Notes under the pieces: model-generated
The model's input: only the letters and a program-made list of their open reading frames with translations
The model's database searches: none
Told to the model about the DNA's origin: nothing
Made by a program: the position numbers and the translations under genes
Origin: Candidatus Marinacidobacterales bacterium
GTDB lineage: Bacteria > Acidobacteriota > Vicinamibacteria > Marinacidobacterales > SMYC01
Direction of reading: 5' to 3'
DNA: 64,000 nucleotides
NCBI GenBank assembly: GCA_965224085.1
Contig: CBDCYI010000005.1
Location: 928,001-992,000 of the forward strand
In this document: positions 20,370-33,191 of the stretch, piece after piece
Layout: every line of letters starts with the position of its first letter
Numbering within the stretch: position 1 is the stretch's first letter

Positions 20370-20592
20370 TGATACGAGGTCGACTTCGTCGTCTCGGGTG
20401 GACGCAACGTCGTCGCGATCGAGGTGAAGGCGGGGAGCCGCTTCCACGAAAAGGACCTAGTCGGTCTGCAGGCGTTGTCGAGCAAGACGCCCCGCCTCCG
20501 CGCCGCCGTGCTTGCGCATAACGGCGCCGAAGCCGTCAAGCTGGGAGACAAGCTACTACGCCATCCCGATAGCGACGCTACTTTCCTGATAA
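20370..20592 (+). pseudogene. C-terminal remnant of an AAA ATPase/DUF4143 protein
   Basis: EVDFVV...VAIEVKAG PD-(D/E)xK-like tail. Confidence 0.6.
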
Positions 20593-20670
20593 CCGCTAGG
20601 AAGACGATCGGATATCCGTTCGCGCGCTCGTTGTGGCACAATCCCGGAGCCACTCGTCAGGAGGGACGCC

Positions 20671-22956
20671 ATGACTCGGATAGGGATTACGCTTGCCTGG
20701 CTCCTCATGGGAGCTTCCGCTTTCCCCCAAACGACCATCGCCGACAGAACGGAGGGGTTCGAGCGCGTCGAGGGTTTCATCCCGTTTTACTGGGATGCGG
20801 CCCGCGATCGTGTTCTCTTCGAAGTTCCTGAACTTTCAGAGGAGATTCTCTACTATGTTTCGACCGCTCACGGTGTGGGCTCGGTCGAGCTCGGTATCGA
20901 CCGCGGCGTCACTCGCCAGATGGTGATCCGGTTCGAGCGCGCGGGAAGCCGCGTCCACGTCGTGCAGCAAAACCTCATCCATCGCGCCCAGGAAGGACAT
21001 CCCGAGCTCGTGCGGAACGTACGCGAATCGTTCGCCGCTTCGATACTCGCAGCGCTTCCCATTGAAGCCGAGGAAGGCGGCCGCATCCTCGTGGACGCTG
21101 CGCCGCTTCTCATCCGCGACGGGGCCGATTTGGCTGGTCGTCTACGCGACCGGAATCAGGGGAGCTTCCGGCTCGATCGCGATCGCAGCTCGTTCTACCG
21201 AGAGCGGACGCAGGCTTTTCCCGAGAACACCGAGGTCGAGGTCACCGTGACGTTCGCGTCCGACAACCCGGGCGCCCTCGTTCGCGGGGTGGCGCCGGAC
21301 GGACGCTCGCTCAGCTTGCGGATCCATCACTCCTTCTTGAAGGCGCCGGAGGGCTATCGTCCGCGGCGCGCCGATTCACGCATCGGTGTAGGCCGCCTGA
21401 GCTTCAAGGACTACGCGAAGCCTTTCGATCAAGATCCGGAAGTCTTCTGGATTCGACGGTGGCGACTCGAGAAGAAGAATCCGGGGGCCGCCATGAGCGA
21501 GCCGGTCGAGCCTATCGTCTACTATCTCGACCTTGCGGTCCCCGAGCCGGCTCGAAGCGCCATCCGAGACGGCGTTCTCTGGTGGAACCGTGCGTTCGAG
21601 GCGGCGGGATTCTTAAACGCCGTCGAAGTCAAGGACCCGACGCCCGACATGGATCCGCTGGACATCCGCTACGCGTTCATCCTTTGGGTGAACCGCGACG
21701 AGCGCGGATTCTCGAGTGGGGGTGGCATCACCGACCCACGCACCGGCGAGATCCTCGGTGCGACGACGCGCATGGACTCTCATCGAATTCGGACCATCGG
21801 CCATTACTGGCAGGCCTATCAGATGACCGACACCGGGGGCGACGACTGCGCGCTCTTCATGCCCGGCATCGAGTCTTTCCTGCCGGCACAAACGAGCGAT
21901 GGCTCCCCTACGATTGACGAGATGGTGCTCGCCCGGCAAGCCGTACTCGCCGCACACGAAGTAGGGCACACGCTCGGCTTCGGTCACAACTGGAACTCGA
22001 GCATCAACGACCGGGCATCCGTGATGGAGTACCCGACGCCGCGCGTTTCTGTGACGGCGGCGGGAGCGCTCGATTTCAGCAATGCTTTCGAGACCGACGT
22101 AGGCGCTTACGATCTCTTCATGGCCCGCTATGCCTATACGGAGCTTTCGCCGGACGGAGAAGCCGCGGAGCTCGAAGCGATCATCGACGAGATGAGGCGA
22201 GAGGGCATCCTCTACACTCCCTCGACGGATCCGCGCTGGAGCTGGTACGACGATTTGGAATCACCGGCGGACTACTTTCGGGAAACGATGGCGGCTCGGA
22301 GTGTGATGCTCGACTACTACGGACCGGGCATTCTTCGCGAAGGCGAGCCCATCGGCGAGCTTCGCGACATGAGGCTCTGGATGACCTACCTCCATCATCG
22401 CTGGGCCATCGAGCACGCCCTCGATTTCATCGGCGGGATGTATCACGAGAACGTGGTGAAAGGAGACGACCTGTCTCGTATCGCGCCAACGGAGATCGTG
22501 CCCGCGGCGCTGCAGCGAGAGCTCCTGGCGCTCGTCCTCGAGGCCCTCGAGCCGGAGAACCTGGCCATCCCTGAACGGATTCTGCGATATCTCACGACGA
22601 ACCCTTATAGCGCCCGTCTCGAGGACATGTCGGAAAACTACGCGTTCGATCATCTCCTTGCAGCGCGGATTCTCTCGGCGCTCGTCGTCGAGGAGATGCT
22701 TCAGCCCGAGCGGGCGGCCCGGTTGATTGCGTTCGCCGATCGGCAAGAGGGCGCGCTGAGCTTGCCGGAAGTGCTGGACGCGGTGCTGGCGAAGAGCTGG
22801 AACGCCCCGCGCGGCCCCGAGCCCCAGCTCCGTTCTCTGCGGCGTGTGAGCGAGCGGGTCGTGCTCGATTCCCTGATGATTCTCGGAGCGCATGACGAGA
22901 CAACGCCGGACGCTGACCGGCCGACATCCCAATATTCCCAAAATGATGAATTCTGA
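20671..22956 (+). CDS. Secreted Met-zincin metalloprotease (DUF5117/DUF4953, EcxA-like), possibly C-terminally truncated
   Basis: Signal peptide, RWRLEKK, DPRTGEI, AHEVGHTLGFGHN, SVMEY Met-turn. Confidence 0.85.
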   Translation: MTRIGITLAWLLMGASAFPQTTIADRTEGFERVEGFIPFYWDAARDRVLFEVPELSEEILYYVSTAHGVGSVELGIDRGVTRQMVIRFERAGSRVHVVQQNLIHRAQEGHPELVRNVRESFAASILAALPIEAEEGGRILVDAAPLLIRDGADLAGRLRDRNQGSFRLDRDRSSFYRERTQAFPENTEVEVTVTFASDNPGALVRGVAPDGRSLSLRIHHSFLKAPEGYRPRRADSRIGVGRLSFKDYAKPFDQDPEVFWIRRWRLEKKNPGAAMSEPVEPIVYYLDLAVPEPARSAIRDGVLWWNRAFEAAGFLNAVEVKDPTPDMDPLDIRYAFILWVNRDERGFSSGGGITDPRTGEILGATTRMDSHRIRTIGHYWQAYQMTDTGGDDCALFMPGIESFLPAQTSDGSPTIDEMVLARQAVLAAHEVGHTLGFGHNWNSSINDRASVMEYPTPRVSVTAAGALDFSNAFETDVGAYDLFMARYAYTELSPDGEAAELEAIIDEMRREGILYTPSTDPRWSWYDDLESPADYFRETMAARSVMLDYYGPGILREGEPIGELRDMRLWMTYLHHRWAIEHALDFIGGMYHENVVKGDDLSRIAPTEIVPAALQRELLALVLEALEPENLAIPERILRYLTTNPYSARLEDMSENYAFDHLLAARILSALVVEEMLQPERAARLIAFADRQEGALSLPEVLDAVLAKSWNAPRGPEPQLRSLRRVSERVVLDSLMILGAHDETTPDADRPTSQYSQNDEF

Positions 22957-22960
22957 AAAA

Positions 22961-23476
22961 CTACTTGTTCTCGTCCTGATAACGTCCCGCATAAGTCTTG
23001 GCCGCGGGGCCGTCCAGACCGTAGAATACGAGCTGCAGGACACGCGCATCCCGTTTGAGCCTTAGGCCTGCGGGGTTGTGCACGACGAGCACCGAGCCGC
23101 TGCGGCCCGAATAGCCCGAGTCCCAGAGGGCGGTGCCGATATGCGCGGCGCTTCTGAGAAGACTCGAGCGCGTGCGCGCCATCCCGAACATGTTGGCCGG
23201 GATGTTCACGATCTCGTTATAGACGACCCAGTAAGGGCCGGGCTCGAGATGCCACCATCCGTCGCTGTCCGGCTCGATGGGGAAAGTCTCGGGCGTCCGG
23301 CGCTCGGAGTTGTCGAAATCGATGGCGCCGGGCTCGTCCCCGAAGCGCGCCACCTCGCGCAGGGTGAAGTCGACGCCGTTCATTTGAATCTGCGTCTCTT
23401 GGTCGACGAAGTCTTCGACCAGCGGCGGATCGGCCGCGAGTCTCGCTTTGAGGGCGGCGCCTTCGACAAGCTTCAA
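22961..23476 (-). CDS. Trimeric dUTPase of the dCTP-deaminase-like (archaeal-type) family
   Basis: QIQMNGVDFTL, RSSLLR, WDSGYSGR, YAGRYQ. Confidence 0.8.
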   Translation of the reverse strand: MKLVEGAALKARLAADPPLVEDFVDQETQIQMNGVDFTLREVARFGDEPGAIDFDNSERRTPETFPIEPDSDGWWHLEPGPYWVVYNEIVNIPANMFGMARTRSSLLRSAAHIGTALWDSGYSGRSGSVLVVHNPAGLRLKRDARVLQLVFYGLDGPAAKTYAGRYQDENK

Positions 23477-23477
23477 C

Positions 23478-24044
23478 TTACTCCCCTTCCAGCTTGGGCA
23501 ACGTTATGTGCTCCTGCCCTTGATACTTGCCCCTCTTGTCCTTGTAGGACAGCGCGCAGTCTTCGTCGCTCTCGAAAAAGAGTACTTGGGCAATGCCCTC
23601 GTTCGCGTAGATGCGGCACGGGAGGGGCGTCGTGTTCGAGATCTCGAGTGTGGCGTTGCCTTCCCACTCCGCGTCAAAGCCCGTCACGTTGATGATGATG
23701 CCGCAGCGCGCATAAGTCGACTTGCCGATGCACACCGCATAAACGTTTCGCGGGATGCGAAAATTCTCGACCGTGTTCGACAGCGCGAAGGAGTTGGGCG
23801 GGATGACGCAGACGTCACCTTTGAAATCGACGAAGCTCTTTGGATCGAAGTTCTTGGGGTCGACGACCGCAGTGTTGACGTTCGTGAAGATCTTGAACTC
23901 GTCCGAGACACGGATGTCATAACCGTAGGACGAGAGCCCGTAAGAAATCACGTTCTCACGGATTTGATGATCGACGAACGGGTCCACCATCCCGTGCTCG
24001 AGCGCCATCCTCCGAATCCATTTATCCGCCTTGATGGACGGCAT
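23478..24044 (-). CDS. dcd: dCTP deaminase
   Basis: [32 protein letters not shown]. Confidence 0.95.
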   Translation of the reverse strand: MPSIKADKWIRRMALEHGMVDPFVDHQIRENVISYGLSSYGYDIRVSDEFKIFTNVNTAVVDPKNFDPKSFVDFKGDVCVIPPNSFALSNTVENFRIPRNVYAVCIGKSTYARCGIIINVTGFDAEWEGNATLEISNTTPLPCRIYANEGIAQVLFFESDEDCALSYKDKRGKYQGQEHITLPKLEGE

Positions 24045-24063
24045 CGCGCGTCTTCCTCAGTCC

Positions 24064-24483
24064 TCAGTCTTGAATCTGGAGCGACGTGAAGAAGTAGGGG
24101 ATTTCGGCCGCCGCCGTTTCGGGCGAATCCGAGCCGTGGATGACGTTGGCCTCGATCGAGCTCGCGAAATCCTTGCGAATCGTGCCTTCATCGGCTTTCG
24201 CCGGATCGGTCGCGCCCATCAGCTTCCGCAGATCCTCGATGGCGCTGTCCTTCTCGAGGACCATGACGACACAAGGCCCCGACGACATGAACTCCATGAG
24301 GCTTCCGAAAAAGGGCCGCTCTTTGTGCACGGCGTAGAAACCCTCCGCGTGCCGCCTCGTCATTTGGATCATGCGCAGGCCTAGAATCTTGAAGCCGGCC
24401 TCTTCGATACGCGCGAGGATCTTGCCGATGTCGCCTTGGCGCACGCCGTCTGGCTTGATGATGGAAAACGTTTTTTCACTCAT
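24064..24483 (-). CDS. ndk: Nucleoside diphosphate kinase
   Basis: [20 protein letters not shown]. Confidence 0.97.
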   Translation of the reverse strand: MSEKTFSIIKPDGVRQGDIGKILARIEEAGFKILGLRMIQMTRRHAEGFYAVHKERPFFGSLMEFMSSGPCVVMVLEKDSAIEDLRKLMGATDPAKADEGTIRKDFASSIEANVIHGSDSPETAAAEIPYFFTSLQIQD

Positions 24484-24499
24484 GAACGGTCTCTGTTAA

Positions 24500-25369
24500 T
24501 TAACTGAGGATGTCCTTCATTCTTTGGCCCATGTCGGCTGGGCTCTTCACTACCGTGACGCCCATCGCTTCGAGCGTCTCCATTTTGTCCGCCGCCGTGC
24601 CCTTGCCGCCCATGACGATGGCGCCCGCGTGGCCCATGCGCCGGCCTGGAGGCGCGGTCTGACCGGCAATGAAAGACACGACCGGCTTCGTGACATGGGC
24701 TTTGATGTACTCGGCCGCCGTCTCTTCGGCGCTGCCACCGATCTCGCCAATCATAATGATGGCTTCCGTTTCCGCATCCGCCTGGAACAGCTCGAGCGAG
24801 TCGACGAAAGTCGTTCCGATCACGGGGTCGCCCCCGATGCCGATACAAGTGGACTGGCCGATATCGCGCTTCGTCAGCTGATAAACGGCCTCGTAGGTCA
24901 AAGTACCGCTGCGAGAGACAACACCCACCGGGCCCTCTTTGTGAATGTGGCCGGGCATGATCCCGATCTTGGCCTTCCCAGGCGAGATGAGCCCGGGGCA
25001 GTTCGGTCCGATGAGCCTTGTCTTCGAGCCTTCGATGACGCGCATCACGTCGACCATGTCGAGCGCGGGAACGCCTTCAGTGATGCAAACGACGAGCGGG
25101 AGGTCGGCGTCGACTGCTTCCAAAATGGCATCCGCAGCGAATGGCGGCGGCACGAAGATGACGGAAGCATTGGCGCCGGTTTCTTTGACCGCGTCGGCCA
25201 TGGTGTTGAAGACGGGAACGCCTTCGACTTTCTGTCCGGCTTTGCCCGGCGTCACACCGGCGACGACCTCGGTCCCATAGTCGATGGCGCCTTTGGCATG
25301 AAACTGTCCTTCACGGCCGGTGATACCCTGAACGACGAGGCGCGTATTCTTGTCGATGAAGACGCTCAC
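24500..25369 (-). CDS. sucD: Succinyl-CoA synthetase alpha subunit
   Basis: [27 protein letters not shown]. Confidence 0.97.
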   Translation of the reverse strand: MSVFIDKNTRLVVQGITGREGQFHAKGAIDYGTEVVAGVTPGKAGQKVEGVPVFNTMADAVKETGANASVIFVPPPFAADAILEAVDADLPLVVCITEGVPALDMVDVMRVIEGSKTRLIGPNCPGLISPGKAKIGIMPGHIHKEGPVGVVSRSGTLTYEAVYQLTKRDIGQSTCIGIGGDPVIGTTFVDSLELFQADAETEAIIMIGEIGGSAEETAAEYIKAHVTKPVVSFIAGQTAPPGRRMGHAGAIVMGGKGTAADKMETLEAMGVTVVKSPADMGQRMKDILS

Positions 25370-26532
25370 GCCGCACTTCCCAACTGCGCGACGACTTTGT
25401 CCGCAGCTTCCTGCATGCTGTCGGCCGTCAAGAAGTTCAGCCCTGACTCGGCGAGCATCTTCTTGCCGAGCTCTACATTTGTTCCCTCGGCTCGGATGAC
25501 GATGGGGATCTTCACATCGAGCTCTTTCACAGCGGCGATGACGCCCTCGGCGAGCCGGTCGACCCGCAAGATGCCGCCAAAAATATTGATGAGCACCGCT
25601 TTCACCTGATCATCGGAGATCAGGAGGCGGAACGCATTCTTGATCTGTTCGGCGCTCGCGCCTCCCCCCACGTCGAGAAAGTTTGCGGGGGCGCCGCCTG
25701 CGAGTTTGATGATGTCCATCGTCGCCATCGCGAGCCCAGCGCCGTTCACCATGCAGCCGACATTGCCGTCGAGCTTGATGTAGTTTAGCCCGAATTTCGA
25801 AGCCTCGACCTCGAGCGGGGACTCTTCGTCGGTGTCGCGGAGCTCGAGCACGTCCTTGTGGCGGAAGAGCGCGGCGTCGTCGAGATTGAGTTTCGCGTCG
25901 AGGGCGAGCACGTCGCCCTCTTGGGTCACGAGGCACGGATTGATCTCGACTTGCGAAGCATCGAGACCGCGGAAGGCTTCATAGAGCATTGTCAGGAAAC
26001 GCACCGCCTTTTTCAGCACGTCGCCCTCGAGCCCGAGGCCAAAAGCGAGCTCGCGTGCTTGGTAGGGACGCATCCCGATCGCAGGATCGATCTCGACGCG
26101 CAGGATCTTCTCGGGCGTCTCCTCAGCAACTTGCTCGATATTCACGCCTCCCGAAGCGCTCGCGATACAAATCGTGCGTCCTATGGCGCGGTCGATGAGG
26201 AAGCTGATGTAGAGCTCGTCCTTGATGTTGAGCCCTTCTTCGATAAGGAGCTTCCGGACGAGCTTGCCTTCCGGACCCGTCTGCGCCGTCACGAGGATCA
26301 TACCGAGGATCTCGCCCGCGAGCGTTTTGACGTCGTCTTCGGTCTTCGCGAGCCTGACGCCGCCGCCCTTGCCGCGGCCACCGGCGTGGATCTGCGCCTT
26401 CACGATGACGGGGAGCCCGAGCGACTGCGCCGCCGCGAGCGCCTCGTCCACCGTTTCGACTTTGATCCCGCGCGGCGTCTCGACCCCGAAGCGCGCGAGC
26501 AGTGCTTTTGCCTGATATTCGTGAACGTTCAT
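25366..26532 (-). CDS. sucC: Succinyl-CoA synthetase beta subunit
   Basis: [37 protein letters not shown]. Confidence 0.97.
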   Translation of the reverse strand: MNVHEYQAKALLARFGVETPRGIKVETVDEALAAAQSLGLPVIVKAQIHAGGRGKGGGVRLAKTEDDVKTLAGEILGMILVTAQTGPEGKLVRKLLIEEGLNIKDELYISFLIDRAIGRTICIASASGGVNIEQVAEETPEKILRVEIDPAIGMRPYQARELAFGLGLEGDVLKKAVRFLTMLYEAFRGLDASQVEINPCLVTQEGDVLALDAKLNLDDAALFRHKDVLELRDTDEESPLEVEASKFGLNYIKLDGNVGCMVNGAGLAMATMDIIKLAGGAPANFLDVGGGASAEQIKNAFRLLISDDQVKAVLINIFGGILRVDRLAEGVIAAVKELDVKIPIVIRAEGTNVELGKKMLAESGLNFLTADSMQEAADKVVAQLGSAA

Positions 26533-26536
26533 TGCG

Positions 26537-28875
<2,339 letters not shown>

Positions 28876-29016
28876 GGATCTCCTGTCAAATCCTCCGCCA
28901 GGAACGAAGCACCGACGGGGAGTGGGATGTGTGATCTAGGAAGTGGCTCGCTTACAAACAGCCTAGTCTAACATTCAGGCGCATTTTCCACCAAGCCGAG
29001 CGACTCTCCCCCGGTG

Positions 29017-30252
29017 CTACAACTCGAAGGCAAAACCCAAGCTTATCGTCGTGAGCTCTTGTTTGAGCTCGACCGCCGTTCCCGGAAACTCGAGAATCGT
29101 CCCGGTATTCGTGTGTGTGAAGGCGTAGTACACGCTCCCTACGAGATCGACCTTCTCGGTCAGAGCGAGGGAGGCGCCGATCGCGATGGCGCTTTTGTTG
29201 ATCGCGGGAATCTGGATATTGGCGAGCGTAGCCGCGTTCGGGATCGGGTTGCCGTTGTGCGAAAAGCCGCCGGAGATCTTCCATCTTTCGTTCAGCGTCC
29301 GCTCTGCGCCCACAGCGAAGGCCCAAATGCTTTGCCACTGAAGTCGTTCGCCGCCGAAGCCCTTCGTGTTGCCATAAGAGAAGTGCCGGAGGTCGAACGC
29401 GACCGTCGTGTTCTCGAGGCCGTAATAGCCGACGCCCAGCGACAGGATCGCCGGAAGCTCGAGCTCGAGCGAAAGCTTTCGGGCTGTACCGTTCGCAGTC
29501 TTGGAGTTGTACTCGAAAGTCTCGAACCACTGTTTCGTTTTGTAGGACGCGCCGACGCTCATCTTGTCGTTGGGACGGTAGTAGACACCTCCTTGGAAAC
29601 CGAGACCCCAATACGGGCGGGCTTGCGTCGCCGGGGGGAAGAGCCCATCCGGATTCCTTGGCGCAAAGAACGCGGGGTCGGCGGCGAGGAACATCGAGCT
29701 TACTTGCCCGCCGAATCCAACGGAGAGCTTCTCCGAAAGGTCTATCGACATGATGGGATCGATCTGAAGACCCGAGAGACGGGAGCCGACCGGCCCCACA
29801 CCGATGGAGTTCGGCGGGTCGAAGGGCTTCAGAATGGGATTGAACTCACCGCCAGGGAAATCGATCGTCCGACCGACGAGCCCGCGCATGTTGAGGCCCC
29901 AAGTATAGATGGAGCCCTCGGGGCGGCTCACGATCCCGACCGCGGGAAATGCGGCGAGTCCGCTGTCGCTCCGGTTGCTCCCGACAGAATTGGTGGCTGC
30001 GACACCAGCGGTCAAAGACGTTTCGGCGTACATGAAGTCGACGCCGATGAAGATTTCACTTTCTTCGAGCCCAGCCATAGCCGCGGGGTTCCAGTAAGTC
30101 GCGCCAGCGGCATCGAGCGGCGCGGCGGTCGATGCGCCCGCCATCGAGCGATGCTTGGCGCCGGTGCTAGGGAAAATGATGCCTTGTGCCCACGCGCTCT
30201 TCGCAACGAGAACGCTCAAAAGAAAAATTAGAAAAGACCCCCAGCGGAACAT
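29017..30252 (-). CDS. OmpP1/FadL/TodX family outer-membrane channel
   Basis: Signal peptide, SMAGA..A..DA...WNPA hatch motif, amphipathic beta strands. Confidence 0.85.
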   Translation of the reverse strand: MFRWGSFLIFLLSVLVAKSAWAQGIIFPSTGAKHRSMAGASTAAPLDAAGATYWNPAAMAGLEESEIFIGVDFMYAETSLTAGVAATNSVGSNRSDSGLAAFPAVGIVSRPEGSIYTWGLNMRGLVGRTIDFPGGEFNPILKPFDPPNSIGVGPVGSRLSGLQIDPIMSIDLSEKLSVGFGGQVSSMFLAADPAFFAPRNPDGLFPPATQARPYWGLGFQGGVYYRPNDKMSVGASYKTKQWFETFEYNSKTANGTARKLSLELELPAILSLGVGYYGLENTTVAFDLRHFSYGNTKGFGGERLQWQSIWAFAVGAERTLNERWKISGGFSHNGNPIPNAATLANIQIPAINKSAIAIGASLALTEKVDLVGSVYYAFTHTNTGTILEFPGTAVELKQELTTISLGFAFEL

Positions 30253-30291
30253 GTTGTTTCTCCCTCCTTAGAGTTTCGGAAAAATCAGGAG

Positions 30292-30360
30292 AAAATAGCA
30301 CTCCTGTACCGTAACGTCAAGATATTGTGTAGTCGGTAGCGAGACTAACTAGATATTGGG
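30292..30360 (-). promoter_or_regulatory. sigma70 promoter with two NrdR-box-like motifs
   Basis: TTGACG-17bp-TATTTT with extended -10 TG; CAAGATATTGTG and CTAGATATTGGG 31 bp apart. Confidence 0.45.
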
Positions 30361-30439
30361 GCTGATACGGGTGGGCGCTTATTGTCCGGGCCGGCAATGA
30401 GCTTTCTACATATTCTCTCAATTCACGCGGCTTCGGCGT

Positions 30440-30910
30440 TTACTCGCTGAGCTTGGCGTCGAGGGCCGCGTTTGTCAGGCCTAGAATCTCGGCGGCCGCG
30501 GGACGGTCGCCTCCGCATTGCTCGACGACCCGATCGATATAGTCGGTCTCCACCTCTTTGAGGGTCATAAAGTCGCCGCGAGCCATCATCTCGGGCCTCG
30601 GAGGCCCTCGTTTCAGGCCGAGATGGGTCCACACGTCGGTACCGACCCGCGCTTCGAAGATGTCGGAGAAAGACTGCGCGCTCCCAATGGTCTCGTCCTC
30701 GCTCACACGCTCTACCCGGTGGATCGGGAGAAACGTCGTGGTGAGACCCATTTCGCCCTCGCCGCGCGCGACGGAGCGGGACCAATCCTCGAAGGAGTTC
30801 AAGTCGATCCCGCGGAGGGTAATGCCGCTCGACTGGTTCGAAAGCAGGAGACCCCAGAGCTTCTCGCGCGGGTTTTGAAGACTGACAAGAACGGCGGAGA
30901 GCTTTTTCAT
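30440..30910 (-). CDS. Hypothetical protein with a C-terminal Fis-type HTH
   Basis: MTLKEVETDYIDRVVEQCGGDRPAAAEILGLT; translationally coupled to the upstream gene. Confidence 0.7.
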   Translation of the reverse strand: MKKLSAVLVSLQNPREKLWGLLLSNQSSGITLRGIDLNSFEDWSRSVARGEGEMGLTTTFLPIHRVERVSEDETIGSAQSFSDIFEARVGTDVWTHLGLKRGPPRPEMMARGDFMTLKEVETDYIDRVVEQCGGDRPAAAEILGLTNAALDAKLSE

Positions 30911-32106
30911 GAAGCGGAACGGGACGAAAAGAAGCGCTGCATACGCACGATGCCTTCCGCGATACGCTCGCGCGAGCAGGCGAAGCTCGTGCGCAGGTGG
31001 CCGTCATGCCCGAAAGCAAGCCCGGGGACGACGGCAACACGCTCCTCGCTCAAGAGCTCGCCGGCAAAGTCGGTCGACGTCTCGCCGCCGCGGAGATAGG
31101 CCGCGACGTTCGGGAACAGATAAAAGCCTCCCCCCGGCATCGCGACGCGGACGTCGGGGATCGCGAGCAAACCGTCGCGAAGCCTCTTCGCGCGCCACGC
31201 GTATTCGGTAATCATCTCGGCGAGCGGCCCCTGATCCGAAGTGAGCGCTGTGAGCGCGGCTTTCTGGGAGATGGAGCTCGCGTTCGACGTCATGTGACTC
31301 TGGAGCGACGCGCATGCTTTGATGACGAACTCGGGGCCCATGGCCCAGCCGATCCGCCAGCCCGTCATTGCATAGGCTTTCGACGCCGTGCCTGCGATGA
31401 GAAACCGATCGCCGAGCTTCTTCTGAACCGCTTGAAATGCAGCAGAGGGCGCGGGCTGGAACATGAGTCGCGCATAGGTGTCGTCCCAAAGGAAGAAGAT
31501 GTCGCGATCGGCAACGAGATCGCCGAGCGCTCGAACTTCGTCGTCCCCAATGACCGCGCCCGTCGGGTTCGCCGGAAAATTCACCAACAAAATGCGGGTG
31601 CGATCCGTGATCGCGGGTGCCATGACTTCGGCCGTCATGCGAAAGCCGTCCTCTTCCGAGGTCGGCACGAGGACAGGCTTCCCTCCGGCCAGGCGGACTT
31701 GCTCCGCAAAAGTCATCCAGTACGGCGTCGGGATCACGACCTCGTCGCCCGCATCCACGAGCGCGAGCATGAGGTCGAGCAGAGCGTGTTTGCCGCCGCT
31801 AGTAATTATGACGTTCGCCCTACCGAACGCCAGTCCGTAATCCTCATGATAGCGATCGGCCACCGCCTGGCGAAGCTCCGGCATGCCTGGATTCGCGGTA
31901 TAGCGGGTGAAGTCGTCTACTATCGCGTCCTCACCAGCTTTCTTGATGTGCGCAGGCGTCGGGAAATCCGGCTGACCCGCCGAGAAATCGACGACGTCTT
32001 CACCTTCGGCCGTGAGCCGCATCGCCTCGGCCATCACTGCCATCGTGGGCGACGGGCTGATCTGGCTCACGCGCGAGGCGAGGTGCAAAGAACTCGTCTT
32101 CGTCAT
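30907..32106 (-). CDS. PLP-dependent aminotransferase class I/II (aspartate aminotransferase-like)
   Basis: GQPDFPTP, PANPTG, SKAYAMTGWRIG. Confidence 0.92.
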   Translation of the reverse strand: MTKTSSLHLASRVSQISPSPTMAVMAEAMRLTAEGEDVVDFSAGQPDFPTPAHIKKAGEDAIVDDFTRYTANPGMPELRQAVADRYHEDYGLAFGRANVIITSGGKHALLDLMLALVDAGDEVVIPTPYWMTFAEQVRLAGGKPVLVPTSEEDGFRMTAEVMAPAITDRTRILLVNFPANPTGAVIGDDEVRALGDLVADRDIFFLWDDTYARLMFQPAPSAAFQAVQKKLGDRFLIAGTASKAYAMTGWRIGWAMGPEFVIKACASLQSHMTSNASSISQKAALTALTSDQGPLAEMITEYAWRAKRLRDGLLAIPDVRVAMPGGGFYLFPNVAAYLRGGETSTDFAGELLSEERVAVVPGLAFGHDGHLRTSFACSRERIAEGIVRMQRFFSSRSAS

Positions 32107-32600
32107 GATGTCCGCACTCTCTCCAAAAGCCGGGCCTCGACACCCTCCGGGACGAGTCCGGTCACTTTGCCGCCGAGGCTCGCGACTTCTTTCACGATTC
32201 GGGAGCTCACATAAGAATATTCCTCGGCGGGCATCATGAAGACGGTCTCGATCGTGGGCGCAAGTCGCCGGTTCATCAGCGCCATTTGAAACTCGTACTC
32301 GAAGTCCGAGATAGCGCGAATACCGCGCACGATCGTGCTCGCCTTCCGACCCGCCGCATATTCCACCAGAAGTCCGCTGAACGCATCGGCCTCAACGTTC
32401 TCGCTCGTTTTGAACGTGTCCTGAATCATCTCGATCCGCTCGTCGACAGTGAAGAGCGGCTTTTTGCTCACGTTCTCGAGAACCGCCACGATGATGGTGT
32501 CGAACAGAGCGCTTCCGCGCTGAATGATGTCCACATGACCCATGGTCAACGGGTCGAACGACCCTGGGTACAGCGCGACGCGGGGAGGTAGGCTCGGCAC
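32103..32600 (-). CDS. coaD: Phosphopantetheine adenylyltransferase
   Basis: YPGSFDPLTMGH, RGIRAISDFEYE, VSS. Confidence 0.97.
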   Translation of the reverse strand: MPSLPPRVALYPGSFDPLTMGHVDIIQRGSALFDTIIVAVLENVSKKPLFTVDERIEMIQDTFKTSENVEADAFSGLLVEYAAGRKASTIVRGIRAISDFEYEFQMALMNRRLAPTIETVFMMPAEEYSYVSSRIVKEVASLGGKVTGLVPEGVEARLLERVRTS

Positions 32601-32610
32601 GCAACAAAGC

Positions 32611-33189
32611 CTAGCATACCCGCGCGTAGAGCGTGAAACAGCTCTCGCCGGCCTTGAGCCGCCGCGCGAGCTCGAGCGCGCCGTAGCGCTTTTTCAGCTC
32701 CAGTTTGTGGTGATGTTCGACCACCACGCGTCCGTCTTCGGTAACCAGGCTAGACTCGCCGAGTGCCTCGAGAAGTTTCTCGAGCTCCTCCGCCTTTGGG
32801 GACGTCCTTTGACTCCGATAAGGCGGATCCGCAAAAACGAGATCGAAGGAACGGTCTTGCTCGGCTAGCCACGAAAGCGCGGAGCGGACGCTTAAAACCC
32901 GCAGCTCGGCGCACGCAGCGACGCCGAGCTCGTCGATATTCTTCTGGATCGCTTCCGCCGCGCGGCGACCGTTTTCCACGAACATCGCCTCGGCCGCGCC
33001 GCACGAGAGCGCCTCGATACCGAGCGCTCCCGCGCCGGCGAACAAATCCAAAACCCGCGCGTTTTCGAGCTCAGCGGAAAGGACATCGAAGAGGCTCTTC
33101 TTTAACCGGGCGCCGGTGGGCCGTGTCTCTTGGCCCTTGGGTGCGTGTAGCTTGCGCCCCCGAAACCTTCCACTTCCGATACGCATCAC
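32611..33189 (-). CDS. rsmD: 16S rRNA m2G966 methyltransferase
   Basis: GRFRGRKL, TRPT, LDLFAGAGALGIEALS, DPPY. Confidence 0.93.
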   Translation of the reverse strand: MMRIGSGRFRGRKLHAPKGQETRPTGARLKKSLFDVLSAELENARVLDLFAGAGALGIEALSCGAAEAMFVENGRRAAEAIQKNIDELGVAACAELRVLSVRSALSWLAEQDRSFDLVFADPPYRSQRTSPKAEELEKLLEALGESSLVTEDGRVVVEHHHKLELKKRYGALELARRLKAGESCFTLYARVC

Positions 33190-33191
33190 GC

